From: Negaprion brevirostris
Taxonomy: Eukaryota
Reading direction: 5' to 3'
Assembly: GCA_030324005.1 (NCBI GenBank)
Contig: JARDVH010000031.1
Location: 55,130,558 to 55,194,557, forward strand
DNA length: 64,000 nucleotides
Part shown: piece after piece, positions 1-12,408 of the stretch
Layout of the letters: every line of letters begins with the position of its first letter
How positions within the stretch are numbered: position 1 is the stretch's first letter
The notes under the pieces: generated by a model
The model's database searches: none
What the model was told of the DNA's origin: nothing
Seen by the model: the letters and a program-made list of their open reading frames with translations, nothing else
Position numbers and translations under genes: made by a program

Positions 1-278
1 GTCACAAGTAGACTTGCTTAACACTGCAATGAAGGTACTGAGAAAATCCCTTAATCGCCACACTCCAGCACCTGTTCAGGTGCACTGAAGGAGAATTTAG
101 CATGGCCAATGCACCTAACCAGCACATCTTTTGGACTGTGGGTGGAAACCGGACCAACCAGAGGACACCCATGCAGAGATGGGGAGAATGTGCAGACCCT
201 GCAAAGACAGTGACCCAAGCCAGGAATCGAACTCAGGTCCCTGGCACTGTGAGGCAGCAGTGCTAACCACTGCGCCAC
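1..278 (-). mobile_element. HE1-type tRNA-derived V-SINE, tail type B
   Basis: Minus strand gives head GTGGTTAGCACTGCTGCCTCACAGTGCCAGGGAC, the V-domain, and tail AAATTCTCC...CTACTTGTGAC running to the window edge. Confidence 0.9.
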
Positions 279-771
279 TTATGAAACAAACACATCTTCA
301 CAACCAAAAAGGCCATTTTCCATCAGAAAGTACATCATGATGACCTACAGAATGGAGCAAGATGAAGAAAAAAAAACTTCATGGAGATGAACATGACATT
401 CATTCGCTCTTCAAAAAACAAGATGGAACAACAAACTATCACCACAATGGCTGTATCGACAAATAATAGTTCAATACCAAAGAATGGAAAAGAGGATGAA
501 AAGATATTCAGATACCAGGACAACCTCTCAATCAATTGATTTTACCTGCAGTGACAAAGCCTACCACTCTTCTGTCAGCAGTGCAAATGAGATATGGAAG
601 GATTATAAGGCCTCCAGCTCACCTGAACATATGAACTTAGAGACCTGAAGGGAAGAGCTGTGGCAGCTAAAGCAGTGAAAATACATGGGGAAAACTAGAA
701 TAACTTGATATACATTGGATAAAGACTTGGATTAAGGTTTAGGATAAGGATCTGGTGCATATATCATTAAC

Positions 772-872
772 AAAAACACAAAATGCTGGAAAATCTCGCC
801 AAGCATGGCAGTATCTGTGGAGAGAGAACAGAGTTAATGTTTCATATCTGGATGACTCTTAGTCAGAGCTAA
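772..872 (-). mobile_element. Penelope-like element terminal fragment with degenerate hammerhead motif
   Basis: aaatgctggaaaatctc...gagttaatgtttc resembles the Penelope end at 24030-24120; minus strand CTGACTA...GAAACATT is a mutated hammerhead core. Confidence 0.55.
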
Positions 873-1167
873 CCTACTTTATTTTAATTTATTCTTTCAT
901 GGAATGTGGGCATCACTGGCCCATCCCTAATTACCCTTGAGATCAGTAGCTTGCCATTCCATTTCAAAGGACAGAAGTTCAAGAAGGCTGCTCACTACCA
1001 TTGTTAACATTCAAACAAAATTGCTAGAGTCACATGTAGGAGAGATGGCAGATTTCCTTCTCTAAAGGCCATTAGTGAGTCAGATAGATTATTACCGCAA
1101 TGGTTGCATGATCATCATTACTGAAATTAGCTTTGAAATTCTAGATTATTAACTTGGTAACGAGAAG

Positions 1168-1455
1168 CACAATGGCATTGCTGTCTCACAGTGCCAGGGA
1201 CTCAGGTTCAATTCCAACCTTCAGTGACTGTCTGTGTGGAGTTTGCACATGTCATTTCCCCGTGTCTGCGTGAGTTTCCTCTGGTTGTTCTGGTTTCCTC
1301 CCAAAGATGTAGGGGTTAGGTTGATTGGCCATGTTAATGTCAGGGAGGTTATCCAGGTAAATACGTAGGGTTGCGGGAATAGGGCCTGAGTGGGATTTTT
1401 GTCAGTGCAGACTTGATGGCCCAAATGGCTTCGTTCTGCACTGTAGGGAATCTCT
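1168..1455 (+). mobile_element. HE1-type V-SINE, tail type A
   Basis: ctgtctcacagtgccagggactcaggttcaattcc...ggcccaaatggcttcgttctgcactgtaggga; the ATTCTATG tail resumes at about 1693. Confidence 0.9.
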
Positions 1456-1690
1456 ATTCGGTCCATCAAGACTGCACAAATAACAATCCCACCCAGACCC
1501 TATCCCTGTAATCCCACATATTTATCTTGTTAATCCCCCTGACACTAAGGGGCAATTTATCATGGCCAATCCAAAGGAAACCCATGCAGACACGGGGAGA
1601 ACTCCCTCAAGGCAGTGATCTAAGGCCGGAATTGAACTTGGGTCCCTGGTACTGTGAAGCAGCAGTGCTAACCACTGTGTTACCGTGCCA
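1456..1690 (-). mobile_element. HE1-type V-SINE, internally deleted
   Basis: ggaattgaacttgggtccctggtactgtgaagcagcagtgctaaccactgtg is the reverse complement of the HE1 head. Confidence 0.85.
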
Positions 1691-4649
1691 TGCTATGATT
1701 CTATGATCCTAGTTCAAATTCTACCAGCTACTATAATGGGATTCGAACTCTTGTCCCCAGAACATTGGCCTAGGCCTCTGGGTTGCAAGGGCAATGATAC
1801 TACCACTACATAATTGTTTCCCTTTTGATTTAAGACTATGAAGATCTACCAAATGATAACCAACACCCGGCAACAGTTTCTACAATGGCAGGGGTTGTTC
1901 TGCACCAATAGTTTATAAGTAAAATGCTACAATATAGTCANNNNNNNNNNGCTCTGGATATTGCCGTTCATAAAACTGATGGAACATTCAAGAAACTGCA
2001 ATATCTTTTGGGATGTTGCCACCTATATGACTATTGGCTTCTGTCATGCATTTCAAGAGAGAAGTAACATCAACCTCAGAAGCAGTATATTATTAAAATT
2101 ACCTTAACTAACAATCATATTGTGTAACGGAACCTACCAAAATTTTGCTAAAAGCACAAAACAATAATTAAACTTTTAAACTCTAGAATACTTTTATTGC
2201 AATTGGCTGAACTCATTGCAAAGAGTTTGAAAAACAAACTAGCAAAAATGCTGTAAATACCATCAAATGTGATCTTATTTACTGAAATTTCACTGCAAAA
2301 TTGCATAATACATTGTTAAGTTTCCAACAACATTACACAAAATGTCCCTACTTCATCATGGCTTTAAAACCCCTATTCAATCAGATAAAAGCTCAAGGAA
2401 GCACTTCCCTGCTAAGCAATAAACAGGCGTATAGTCCAAAAATCCAATCTAGAGTATGGGCTGGACAATACACATTTGCTTCTGTTACAGCCTCTCCTCG
2501 GGGAATTTCTTCTGCCTTGGATCTTCACTCAATACACACCAGACTGCAGCAGCACCATCTGTGGTAGTCCCAACCTTATTTAGAATTTTATAAAGTATAT
2601 GGAAAAGTAAACTAGGAATCATCAGCTATTGAATCCAATCTTGAGCTAAAATTCTACTTAGAAAAGCTCTTTTGGACTTGGTCTCTGTAAACACAAGCCC
2701 TCATCACTCACAATGAAGTACGCATGTATCAAGGATTACTACAGATCAGGGTGATTGCAGGTAATTGCTACTTGTCAAGGGATAGCCTCTCCCGATGTAC
2801 TCTGAGACAGATAATACACATTTACGACTCTGTGTTACAGTTTTTACATTCCAACATCACACTGCAGAATAGACACTATGAGAATATATCACCAAAGTAC
2901 CAGGGGACCATTATACACACTGGTCTAAATACATCATTTAATTACAATGGAGACATTACTTCCTACTGATGTAAGTATTATTAGAATTCATGATATTCTT
3001 AAACTACTATGTGTCATTCCATTGACCAGAAGCTATGTTAAAAGATTTAGCACTCGCAGATTGTAAGGGCTGTAACTGAGGTGCATAAACCTTCATGTTT
3101 AAGTTACATAGTTTAGCATTTCAAATTAATAAATCTGAAAGCATTTGAAACTTGAAGCTATGATTTGGCCTGAGTAGCACCTAATAGAATCATAACTTTG
3201 CTTTTCTAACCTAATTGCCAGAATATCTGGTTAAATGGTTATATTACAAAATTTCAGTATGGATTATGATTAATTGAGTGTAATGATCCCACTACAATTA
3301 AAACAAAAAAGAAAGTGCAGTTAAGAAACAATCATGCAATGGAACAGAGAAGGTAAATAAGAGACATTTGAATTTAGCAAAATGTTCAGCAAAAGAAGAA
3401 TGTGAAAAGATGTTCAGCAGTCTAATAGATTATTGCAGTTCCTAGGGTTTGCTGCAAGTACTAGTGACAGAAGAAACATGGCTAATAAGTAATTTGATGT
3501 ATTTATGATCTTGACATTTTGAGATTCATAGTTTCCTCAGAGACAGAGACATTCAAATGCTTGTAATCGGCCTTGACAGAAAGAAAACTTTTTACAACCA
3601 GATTGAACATCATGCCTCAGAGTAAAGGTTAGTTTCCTGACTGAATAAAAATAGTGGGAGAAACTACGAAAACAACACTTGAGGGGGTAAAGGCATATGT
3701 CATTATTAGTCATATTCCTGATTGATTATTTGATATATGTAACATTCTTGTACAAGAAACTAAGTATCAATAACTTTTCCTTTGAATACTGTTGGACCAT
3801 ATCCAAGGCGCTGTTGTTTCACTATGATTGGTCTTTATTTTTATTTTTATTCTAATTCAATCAAATCAAGTCCAATTCAGATTTTCCATCTCCAAAAGAG
3901 AGCGCTGTTTCAAAGACACATAGCTGAAAACAAATCACAAACTGTGCACTGTCAGCAACACACAATTCCAGGCAGTGCAGCTTATCAAGGGTGCCATTCT
4001 CTACCCGTTATTATTTCAATGTGACATTGACATAATCTTGAACACAAACTACCAAATGTTCAAAGTTCTATTTGCTGTTTCAAGTATTGAAGGTAAGAAT
4101 TAGACAGACACCACTAAGTTAAAATGAATGCATCACCACCTGATAAAAGTGAGTTTGTGGGCTTGTTGATTTTCGAATGATGCAGCCACAGCCGTATGTT
4201 TTACCTTGACAATCAGTAAATTCGACCAGAACAAACCTCATAAATAAATATTGATGATTACAGATTACTGTTGCAAACACATCCTTTTAATCTGCATGCA
4301 ATGCGTCAGTCTTTAGGAACAGTATAATTTGATGTCATTATTGATCCTTGTGCCTCTAAACCTGGCTCAATTACTACTGAATTAGAAATTAAGCCAATAT
4401 TATAGCTTCCAAATTAGTAAGTTGTAGCTATGCATATCATGTACTGAAAAATATCTGCTTCAAGTTATGCAGCAGAAAATTGTGCTTAGCTGCTGATTTT
4501 GAACAATTGCCCAAAGTCCCGTATGAGTGATCGAAAATGATGATTCTGATAGATTACCTCAGGCCTTGTTGAACAGTTACAGTAGAGGATTGGAATGGAA
4601 CAGATTCCCAAGCAGCTCATGTGTGCCGATAGTCGTATCAGCATTTATT

Positions 4650-5125
4650 TAAATAGAATAACACAGAAGGCCATTTTGTCTATCGTGAATATATCGGCTC
4701 TGAAGCAGCTATACAACCAATCCATTTTCCTGCCCTTTCCCCATAGCCCAGCGAATTTTGTCCCATTCAGTTATTTATCTAGTTTCCTTTTGAAAGGTAT
4801 TATTGAATCTGTTTCTTATAGCCTTCGAATGTTGGCAATACACTCCAATTGATCACAATTTGCCATCAAAAAAGATCCTTCCCTCATCATGCCTCTGGTC
4901 CTTTGGTAAATTTCCTTTAACGTGTACCCTTTGGTTACTAAGCAGTTTGTCCTGATGTGCTGGATCAAATGCCTTCATGATTTTGAACACTTTCGTTAAA
5001 TCTTCCGTTCACTTTCTTTGCTGCAGGGAAAATAACCCTAGCTTCTGTAGTCTCACCACATAATTAAAGTAATGTATTTATGGTGTTATCCTACTGAATC
5101 TCCTCTACACCCTCTCTAAGGCCTG
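4650..5125 (-). mobile_element. Decayed CR1 (HER1-like) LINE 3' fragment
   Basis: Starts with an acacagaaggccatt tail and resembles other minus-strand CR1 3' ends (9663, 57150, 59245); heavily diverged. Confidence 0.55.
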
Positions 5126-5175
5126 GGCTAACTTTTTCACTTTTGTACTCCTTGCTCTGATTTTTTTTAATGTTC

Positions 5176-6391
5176 AGCAGGGACTATCTGGATCCACTAC
5201 AGTTTGCCTATTGCCGCAACACGTCCACAGCAGGTACTATCTCCCAGGCCCTGCACTCAACCCTGGAACACCTAGGAAACAAGCATACCCATGTCAGACT
5301 CCTATTTATTGACTACAGCTCACCGTTCAACACCATTATTCCTGCAAAACTCATCTCCAAACTCCGTGGCCTGGTCCTCGGCATCTTCCTCCGTGACTGG
5401 ATCCTAAACTTCCTCGCTCAGAAACCACAAGCAGTAAGGATAGGCAATAAAACCTATCCCCGATCATCTTCAACACCAGTGCCCCAAAAGACTGTGTTCT
5501 CAGCCTCCTACTATATTCCTTATACCCTATGACTCTGAGGCCAAATTTCCCTCCAATTCAATTTTCACATTTGCTGACAACACAACCGTAGTGAGTCGGA
5601 TCTTAAACAATGATGAGGCAGAGTACAAGAATGAGATAGAGAATCTGGTGAACTGGTGCGCCAACAATAATTTCTCTCTCAATATCAACAAAAACGAAGG
5701 AGATTGTCATTGATATCAGTGTAAAGGAGAACATGGTCTTGTCTACAGCAATGGGGACAAAGTAGAAAGGATCGAGAGCTTCATGTTTTTAGATGTCCAG
5801 TTCACCAACAACCTGTCCTGATCCTCCATACTGAGACTATAGTCAAGAAAGTCCACCAATGCCTCTACTTTCTCAGAAGACTAAGGAAATTTGGCATGCC
5901 AGCTACGACTCTCACCAACTTTTACAGATGCACCATAGAAAGCATTCCTTCTGGTTGTATCACAGCTTGGTATGGCTCCTGCACTGCCCAAGACCATAAG
6001 GAACTATAAAAGGTTATGAATGCAGTGCAATCCATCACGCAAACCAGCCTCCCATCCATTGACTTTGTTTGCACTTCCTGCTGCCTCAGCAAAGGAGCCA
6101 GAATAATTAAAGACCCCCACACACTCAGGGCATTCTCTTTTCTATCTTCTTCCGTCAGGAAAAAGATACAAAAGTGTGAAGTCACGTTCCCTGCTGCTGT
6201 CAGATTTTTGAATGGACCTACCTTGCATAAAGTTGATCTTTCTCTACACCCTAGCTACGACAGTAACACTGCATTTTGGACTCTCTTGTTTCCTCCTGCA
6301 TGAATGGTATGCTTTGCGTAGTGCGCAATAAACAATAATTTTCACTGAAGGTTAATACATGTGACAATAATAAATCAAATCAAGTCAAATC
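5176..6391 (+). mobile_element. 5'-truncated Rex1/Babar-clade LINE (RT pseudogene)
   Basis: LDPLQFAY...[22 protein letters not shown]...WILNFL, then FADNTTVV at about 5570 and LYFLRRLRKFGM; frameshifted; 3' tail atgtgacaataataaatcaaatc. Confidence 0.9.
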
Positions 6392-6548
6392 TTTGGACTG
6401 TGGGAGAAAACCGGGGCATCCGGAGGAAACCCACACAGACATGAGGAGAATGTGTAAACTCCACACAGTGACCCAAGCCCGGGAACCAAACCCAGGTCCC
6501 TGGCACTGTGAGGCAGCAATGCTAACCACTGTGTCTCCATGATGCCCC
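6388..6548 (-). mobile_element. HE1-type V-SINE 5' half
   Basis: ctttggactgtgggag...ggcagcaatgctaaccactgtg directly abuts the Rex1 tail. Confidence 0.85.
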
Positions 6549-7192
6549 AACCGACTCTGACTGGTCAAGACGTTCGTCTGGGGAATGAACCAGGCATAAA
6601 ATTGTACAGAGGGAAAGGGTATTCATTCAATTTATCCAGGAATCAGGACTTACCATTTTGACTGATACTCTGTACATTACAACAAAAGATTTAAATTGGT
6701 ACAACTTAACAACAATGAAATTAAATGCTACTAAGGAAAAACGTGCGCTAGAAGACTAGAGCCTGAGACAAATAACAGAAAGGCTAACAAAGACAATTAG
6801 GGTAGCACAATTATTTTTCCAGGCTGGTTATCACAGGATTCCAATTACAGTCTGCCCGACCTTTTAGTAAGACAGACAAGAAAGACCAAAAGATCTCACA
6901 TCCCTTTCCAGCATGCTCCTAAAGAACTCAGTCCAAGCTAAACTTGGCATGCTGCATAATTAATAATTCCGCAGTTGGGGACAGATGTCCCTTTTATTCT
7001 CCAATCAACACCTTTGAAAACATTCCATGAAAATGTAACACTGAACTCTGCGTCACCTGCCTCAATTTCTATTTTAAGTCTTGGTGCGTGAGACACAAAA
7101 CAGTGTCCCCGTTTACAAACTATTTTAGTGTGCTGGCTAAAGGTATGGATACTTTTAGAAAGCGTTTGAATGTTTGCAGCACTATAAGCTGT

Positions 7193-7545
7193 GGGAAGGT
7201 GATGGCCTAGGGGTATTCTTGCTGAACTATTAATCCAGAAACTGAGCTAATGTTCTGGGGACCTGGGTTCGAATCGCACCACAGCAGATGGTGGAATTTA
7301 AATTCAATAAAAAATATCTGGAATTAAGAATCTACTGATGACTATGAAACCATTGTCGATTGTCGGGGAAAAAAAATCTGGTTCACTAATGCCCTTTAGG
7401 GAATCAAATTGGCCATTCTTATCTGGTCTGGCCTACATGTGAGTCACAGCAAATGTGGTTGACTCTCAACTGCCTCCAAGGGCAACTAGGGATGGGCAAT
7501 AAATGCTGGCCCAGCCAGTGATGCCCATGAATAAATTTTAAAAAA
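7193..7545 (+). mobile_element. tRNA-derived SINE (family C) with LINE-derived tail
   Basis: A-box-like tggcctagggg and B-box gggttcgaatc, body gcagatggtggaattt, tail aagggcaactagggatgggcaataaatgctggcc plus A-rich end; second copy at 29443. Confidence 0.8.
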
Positions 7546-7559
7546 AACAAAGAAAAATA

Positions 7560-8250
7560 AAGCATAGCATCTTTCATTGCTTCAGAGCAACCATTTTGAA
7601 GTGCAGTCACTGTTGTCATGTAGAAAACTCAGCAGCTAATTTGTGCACAGCAAGCTCCCACAAACAGCAATTACAGTGACTAAGTATTCTACTTTTATCA
7701 TGTTGATTGATGAATAGATATTGGCCAGGATAACCATAGAATCCTATAATGCAAAAGGAGGCCATTTGGCCTATCGAGTCTGCACCGACTCCAATCCCAC
7801 CCAAGAACCCACCCTGTCCCACTAACTCCATGCATTTATCCCAGATAGTCACTCTGACAAGGGGCAATTTAGCATGGCCAATCCACCTAATCCACACATC
7901 TTTGGACTGTGGGAGGAAACCGGGGAACCTGGAGGAAACGCACGCAGACATGGGGAGAATGTGCAGACTCCACACAGACAGTGACCCAAGCCAGGGATGG
8001 AACCTGGGTCCCTGGTGCTGTGAAGCAGCAGCGCTAACCATTGTGCCACTGTGCCACCCAACCTCACTGGGATAAGTGGGATAACTCCAATGATCTGCTT
8101 TTAAATAGTTCCATGGGATCTTTCATGTCCATCTGAGAGAGTAGATGGGCCCTCAATTTAACGTTCTACCAAAAGACACATCTTCTGACAGGGAATCACT
8201 TCCTCAGTATTGCACTGATGTCAACTTAGATTTTTGTGCTCACATCTCCA
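7560..8250 (-). mobile_element. Deu-domain SINE (SacSINE1/AmnSINE-like) split by an HE1
   Basis: Minus strand reads AAAGATCCCATGGAACTATTT...TCCTGGCCAATATC...TTGCTGTTTGTGGGAGCTTGCTGTGCACAAATT, typical of DeuSINEs. Confidence 0.75.
7735..8058 (-). mobile_element. Full-length HE1-type V-SINE, tail type A
   Basis: catagaatccta tail through gcagcagcgctaaccattgtgccactgtgccaccc head. Confidence 0.92.
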
Positions 8251-8389
8251 GCTGTGAGCAAAAAAATCCAGAATCTTAAATCCAGAATCTTCTGATGCAG
8301 AGACCAGACTGTGACCAGCTAAGCAGTGGCTTATACGATATAACATTGCATACCATTAAAAATGATATTTTAATCCTGGAGGGCATGAT

Positions 8390-9010
8390 GGGCTGGATTT
8401 TATGATACTCAGTCAGGTGTGTTTTTGACAGGAATGCACATAAAATACATTGGGCAATTAGCTCACCCCGTTCCTGCCCACCCCGACCAGGTGACCAGCA
8501 CATCACCAAATCCTTATGCTATTGAGGCCTTATGTGGCCAATTTTCACCTACTTGAGGCCCTCAATTCACCTCCATAATGGTTTGGGCAGAGGGAGGCAG
8601 GTGAGAGGTAGGAAGGCCTTTTTTGTAACAACTTTGGTGGAAAGGTGAGAAAAAAAGAGGCACATCATCCAAGGATGTGCCCTGCGCACACCACCTCCAC
8701 ATTCCCCAAAAGATGTTAACCACCCTCCCCAACTTTGTGTCTTCACGCCTGACCTCCAGAACGTGACCTCTCCCCCCCACCCCTCTTCACCCTCGCTTTC
8801 TCCTCCCTTGGGTGCCTGATCCCTCTCTGTCCTAATGGCCTGGGAGTTACCTGGGTCCATCTTCCAGCTTCATGGTCCCGCTGGCAGTCCCAGGCAGTGG
8901 GCAGGATTTCCCCTCACTGAAGGGTGGAGGTCCAACCCTCAGCCTGTTTGAACTCCCTCTCGGATTGTGTTTTTCACTGCAGGATGACCTCACCCTTTAC
9001 TTTTGCCAAT
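8390..9010. mobile_element. Decayed non-autonomous DNA transposon (GGGCTGGATTTT terminus)
   Basis: Begins gggctggatttt like the TIR element at 20204 and has a GC-rich body; right end unclear. Confidence 0.4.
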
Positions 9011-9023
9011 CTTCTACTTATTT

Positions 9024-9210
9024 ATAGAATCCCTACAGTGCAGAAAGAGGCCATTCAGCCCATCGAGCCTGCACCAACAACAATCCCACCCAGGCCCAAT
9101 CTCCATTGCCCCATGTATTTACCCTGGTAATCCCTCTGATACTGAAGGTGTAATTTAGCACGGCCAATGTATCTAACCCACACATCTTTGGACTGTGGGA
9201 GAAGCACCCA
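9024..9210 (-). mobile_element. HE1-type V-SINE 3' part, truncated by gap
   Basis: atagaatccctacagtgcagaaagaggccattc...catctttggactgtggg, then an N run. Confidence 0.85.
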
Positions 9211-9662
9211 NNNNNNNNNNNNNNNNNNNNNNNNNNNNNNNNNNNNNNNNNNNNNNNNNNNNNNNNNNNNNGATCTTTCAGGAACACACCTGCTATTTCT
9301 CACCTTACAAGGACGTGAACTGCAATACAATCTGGGCTGGTTCCCTGGCCTTGTGAAAAACTCCCCTGTCATTAAGTACTCAAGTTGCCCCCCAGTAAAA
9401 ATGGCAATTGGATCCCGATAATGGCACTGCAGCCCAATAAGTTTATGCTGAGAATGATTGCTCTGGCTTTAGGCGGGTGACCTTTGTGTCAGCTTGGTGA
9501 TGCTGTTATAAATCGTGACTCGTTGGCTAGTGGGCCCGCGGTGGATAATCGGCCTGAGGAGTAATCCCACCAGTAGAGTTAAAATCACTCTCATTTCCTC
9601 TCTTTGAATTGAATCAAATGCAAGTCCAATTGACGTTTTGGCACACAGACAGTCACAGGCTG

Positions 9663-10012
9663 GAATAGAGTCATAGAGATTTGCAGCGTGGAAACAGGCC
9701 TTTCGGCCCCACTGGTCCATGCCGCCCTTTTTTTTAAACCCTTAAGTTAACCCCAATTACCTGCCTTTGGTCCCTATCCCTCTATACCCATTGTACCCAC
9801 GTAACTGTCTAAACGCTCCGTAAAAGACAAAATTGTACCCGCCTCTACTACCACTTCTGGCAGCTTGTTTCAGACACTCGGCACCCTCTGTGTGAAAAAT
9901 AATTGTCCCTCTGGACCCTTTTGCACCTCTCCCCTCTCACCTTAAACCTATGCCCTCTAGTTGAACCCAGGTCCCTGGTGTTGTGAGGCAGCAGTGCCCC
10001 ACCTTGCCACCC
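9663..10012 (-). mobile_element. HE1 head (9961-10012) joined to CR1/HER1-like LINE 3' end (9663-9962)
   Basis: Minus strand: GGGTGGCAAGGTGG...GGGTTCAA, then CTAGAGGGCATAGGTTTAAGGTGAGAGG (RGHRFKVRG) and a GGGCCGAAAGGCCTGTTTCC tail. Confidence 0.75.
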
Positions 10013-10653
10013 ATTTCATTAAAGCTACTTTCTGCTCTCCTCTGACTTTGGCAGCTTTGGAAGCAACTTGGTCCTGGAAGTGCAATCTCTATTGCTATGG
10101 GTAAATGTGTTTCAAAGCTCCTAATTTTCTGCTATCAATGAACAATTTCACATCGCCATGAAGTTGCTGCTCATTGAAACACGACTCTATGAAGCTCGGT
10201 AAGCTCATTTTGTAGCAGCTCCCTACTGCAGGAAATCATCCAGTCTCATTAAGAAAGGTCAAGTGGGTCATTACCAGTTGTTACGCTGTTTCATTTGCAT
10301 TATTACATTTAATTTGAGATTGGATGGCTTAACTCACTTAAATTAACATCAAGAAACGCAGAAAATGGTATTCGCATTAGTTACATGGTAGCGAGACATA
10401 ATTACTAAATGCTGTTAAAGGATTGTGGCTTTACTGTTCATTTTTAACGTGGGCTCTTAATGCAAGATTTTATTGCAAAAATTATGAAAAGGTATGTTAA
10501 CTTGAGGAACTCTTCCACCATATATTATTAACGCACATTGCCTGAGATGGGTAGATTCTTTAACTGAATTGAAATCTTGTGCACTCTGTTGCTCAATGAT
10601 ATATTCTTCTGAGATAGTTTCAGGATTGCTCCCTTCTGCTGGTGGATCTGGAG

Positions 10654-10990
10654 CAGTGAAGGGCAACCCAGGCTAGTGAGTGGGCCGCATGAGTGGCCCT
10701 TCTCGACCTCGGTGGGCCGCAAGACTGAAATCGGGCTTGTTCTCCAACCATGACCTTTGAATAAGATTGAATACATCTCATTTCATAACGAGTTATAGAA
10801 ATTGCTTAATCATTCATATATTAATAGAACTGTCAACAATTTCAGTTGGTAAAAACGAAAGAAAGATTTACACTTTGGGCACAGAGGCGAGCGCACAGCT
10901 CTCACGGTCAATGTTGTGAGCAATCAGCACACACCTCATTTCATTGCCCTTGCTCTACATGTCAATCACTTCAGTTCTATTGGCAGGATA
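10654..10990 (+). mobile_element. Probable hAT (Charlie-type) element left end
   Basis: cagtgaagggcaacc terminus, gtgggccgca subterminal repeats and a preceding atctggag (NTCTAGAN-like); right TIR not found. Confidence 0.45.
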
Positions 10991-11000
10991 CGCGGATGGA

Positions 11001-11154
11001 TATAGAATCCTTCAGCACAGAAGGAGGCCATTTGGCCCATCAAGTCTGCACCGACCACAATCCATCCTCATAACTCCCCCTATCCCCATAACTCCATGTA
11101 TTTACCCTAGCTAGTCCCCCTGACACTAAGGGGCAATTTAACATGGCCAATCCA
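11001..11154 (-). mobile_element. HE1-type V-SINE 3' part, truncated by gap
   Basis: tatagaatcc...cactaaggggcaatttaacatggccaatcca. Confidence 0.85.
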
Positions 11155-11870
11155 NNNNNNNNNNNNNNNNNNNNNNNNNNNNNNNNNNNNNNNNNNNNNN
11201 NNNNNNNNNNNNNNNNNNNNNNNNNNNNNNNNNNNNNNNNNNNNNNNNNNNNNNAAATGTAGCAAATTTATAAGGTGCTATCGAAGGAGACTCTTTGAGT
11301 TGCTGCTGTGAATCTAGTAGATGGTACACGCTGCTACTACCATGCATTGGTGGGGGAGGGCATGAATGTTTATTGTGGTGGAAGAAGGGCCAATCAAGCT
11401 GAGTGCTTTGTCCAGGATCATGTCAAGCTTCTTGAGTGTTGCTGGAGGCAACAGGTGATCCATCATTTTCTTGCTAGACTTACTCATTTCACAGATGGAA
11501 TCCTCATTTCTACTAGTCTTAACTTCAGATAAATCCCTTTTGGCTTCACTGTTGGNNNNNNNNNNAGTCTGTCTCTGTCTTGATTTGTTTCCTTTCTGCA
11601 ATTCTGTCATTATCCTTCATTTGATAATTTAGTGTCTTTCATTTCCCCCCTTTTGGGGCCTTTCAGTGCCTTCCAGGGGGCTTTCAGTGTCGTCCTTCCT
11701 TGGGTCTGCCATTACCTCTCCTCTGAGATCTTATTTCCTCCTATGATGTCTCATATTGACTCTTCCTTGAGTTCTTTGTTGTTGATGGACCATTTTTGAA
11801 AGTTGCCCTCTATCTGGAGTCTTCTCTAATTTTCCTGTCCATTACCCTGTTTTTTCTCGCAGTTGCTGCT

Positions 11871-11938
11871 TTAAATACATTGTCATATTAAATGCATTAT
11901 CTCTTTAAATGCATTACCTCTTTAAATGCTTTAACACT
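11871..11938 (+). repeat. 17-bp minisatellite, 4 degenerate units
   Basis: ttaaatacattgtcata / ttaaatgcattatctct / ttaaatgcattacctct / ttaaatgctttaacact. Confidence 0.75.
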
Positions 11939-12304
11939 TTAAGGTTGTAGCTTTTTAAAAAAACTTTCAGCAGCTGCCAATTCACTCTCTGTGCTTTTCC
12001 AGCAGTTTTGAAGCTTTTGCGCAAAACTGGCAAGTACTCCTTCGATCCTTTTTAAAACTTTACTTCCAACCATCCAAAACTTTCACTTTTACTGATAGAA
12101 AACTCTCCGAGTGATGTCTTCAACTTTTTTTCTTTTAGCTGCCTGGAGAGTCCACTGGTTGCTCCAGTCCCTGCATGTCTTCTATCTGCCTTCAGACTTT
12201 CTTTTGCCGAAGGTAGTACTCCACTCCCAGAGGTGATTACTCACTCTCAGTCCCCATTGATTCCTGAAGCCAGTGACCCTCTTCTGCTGTGTTGCCCTTG
12301 AAGG

Positions 12305-12408
12305 AATCCTACAACACCAGTTTAAAGTCCAAACAGGTTTGGACTTTAAACTGGTGTTGTGGGATTTCTTTGTGTTTTACCTCAGTCCAACGCTGCCATC
12401 TCCACATC
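12305..12408. mobile_element. Mini Penelope-like insertion forming a hairpin, with 13-bp TSD
   Basis: Perfect 24-bp inverted repeat 12311-12334/12337-12360; ttgcccttgaagg at 12292-12304 and 12409-12421; related to 33115-33302. Confidence 0.8.

Larger units (their letters stand above)
877..1810 (-). mobile_element. tRNA-derived SINE (family C) interrupted by two HE1 SINEs
   Basis: 877-1155 and 1712-1810 are reverse-complement matches to the SINE at 7193-7545 and 29443-29800. Confidence 0.7.

Noticed and set aside
51-340. Recurrent ORFs such as MAQWLALLPHS... and DCGRKP... throughout the ORF track
   Set aside because: They are translations of HE1 SINE copies, not a gene family.
5800-6000. ALKBH8 N-terminal-like (DUF1891) peptide
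   Set aside because: This is the usual C-terminal part of Rex1-type LINE ORFs, not ALKBH8.
7990-8058. tRNA genes
   Set aside because: A and B boxes belong to SINE heads; no complete cloverleaf seen.
11565-12290. Strand-biased segment that might be a retroelement ORF1 or gag
   Set aside because: Many stops and no diagnostic motif recognised.
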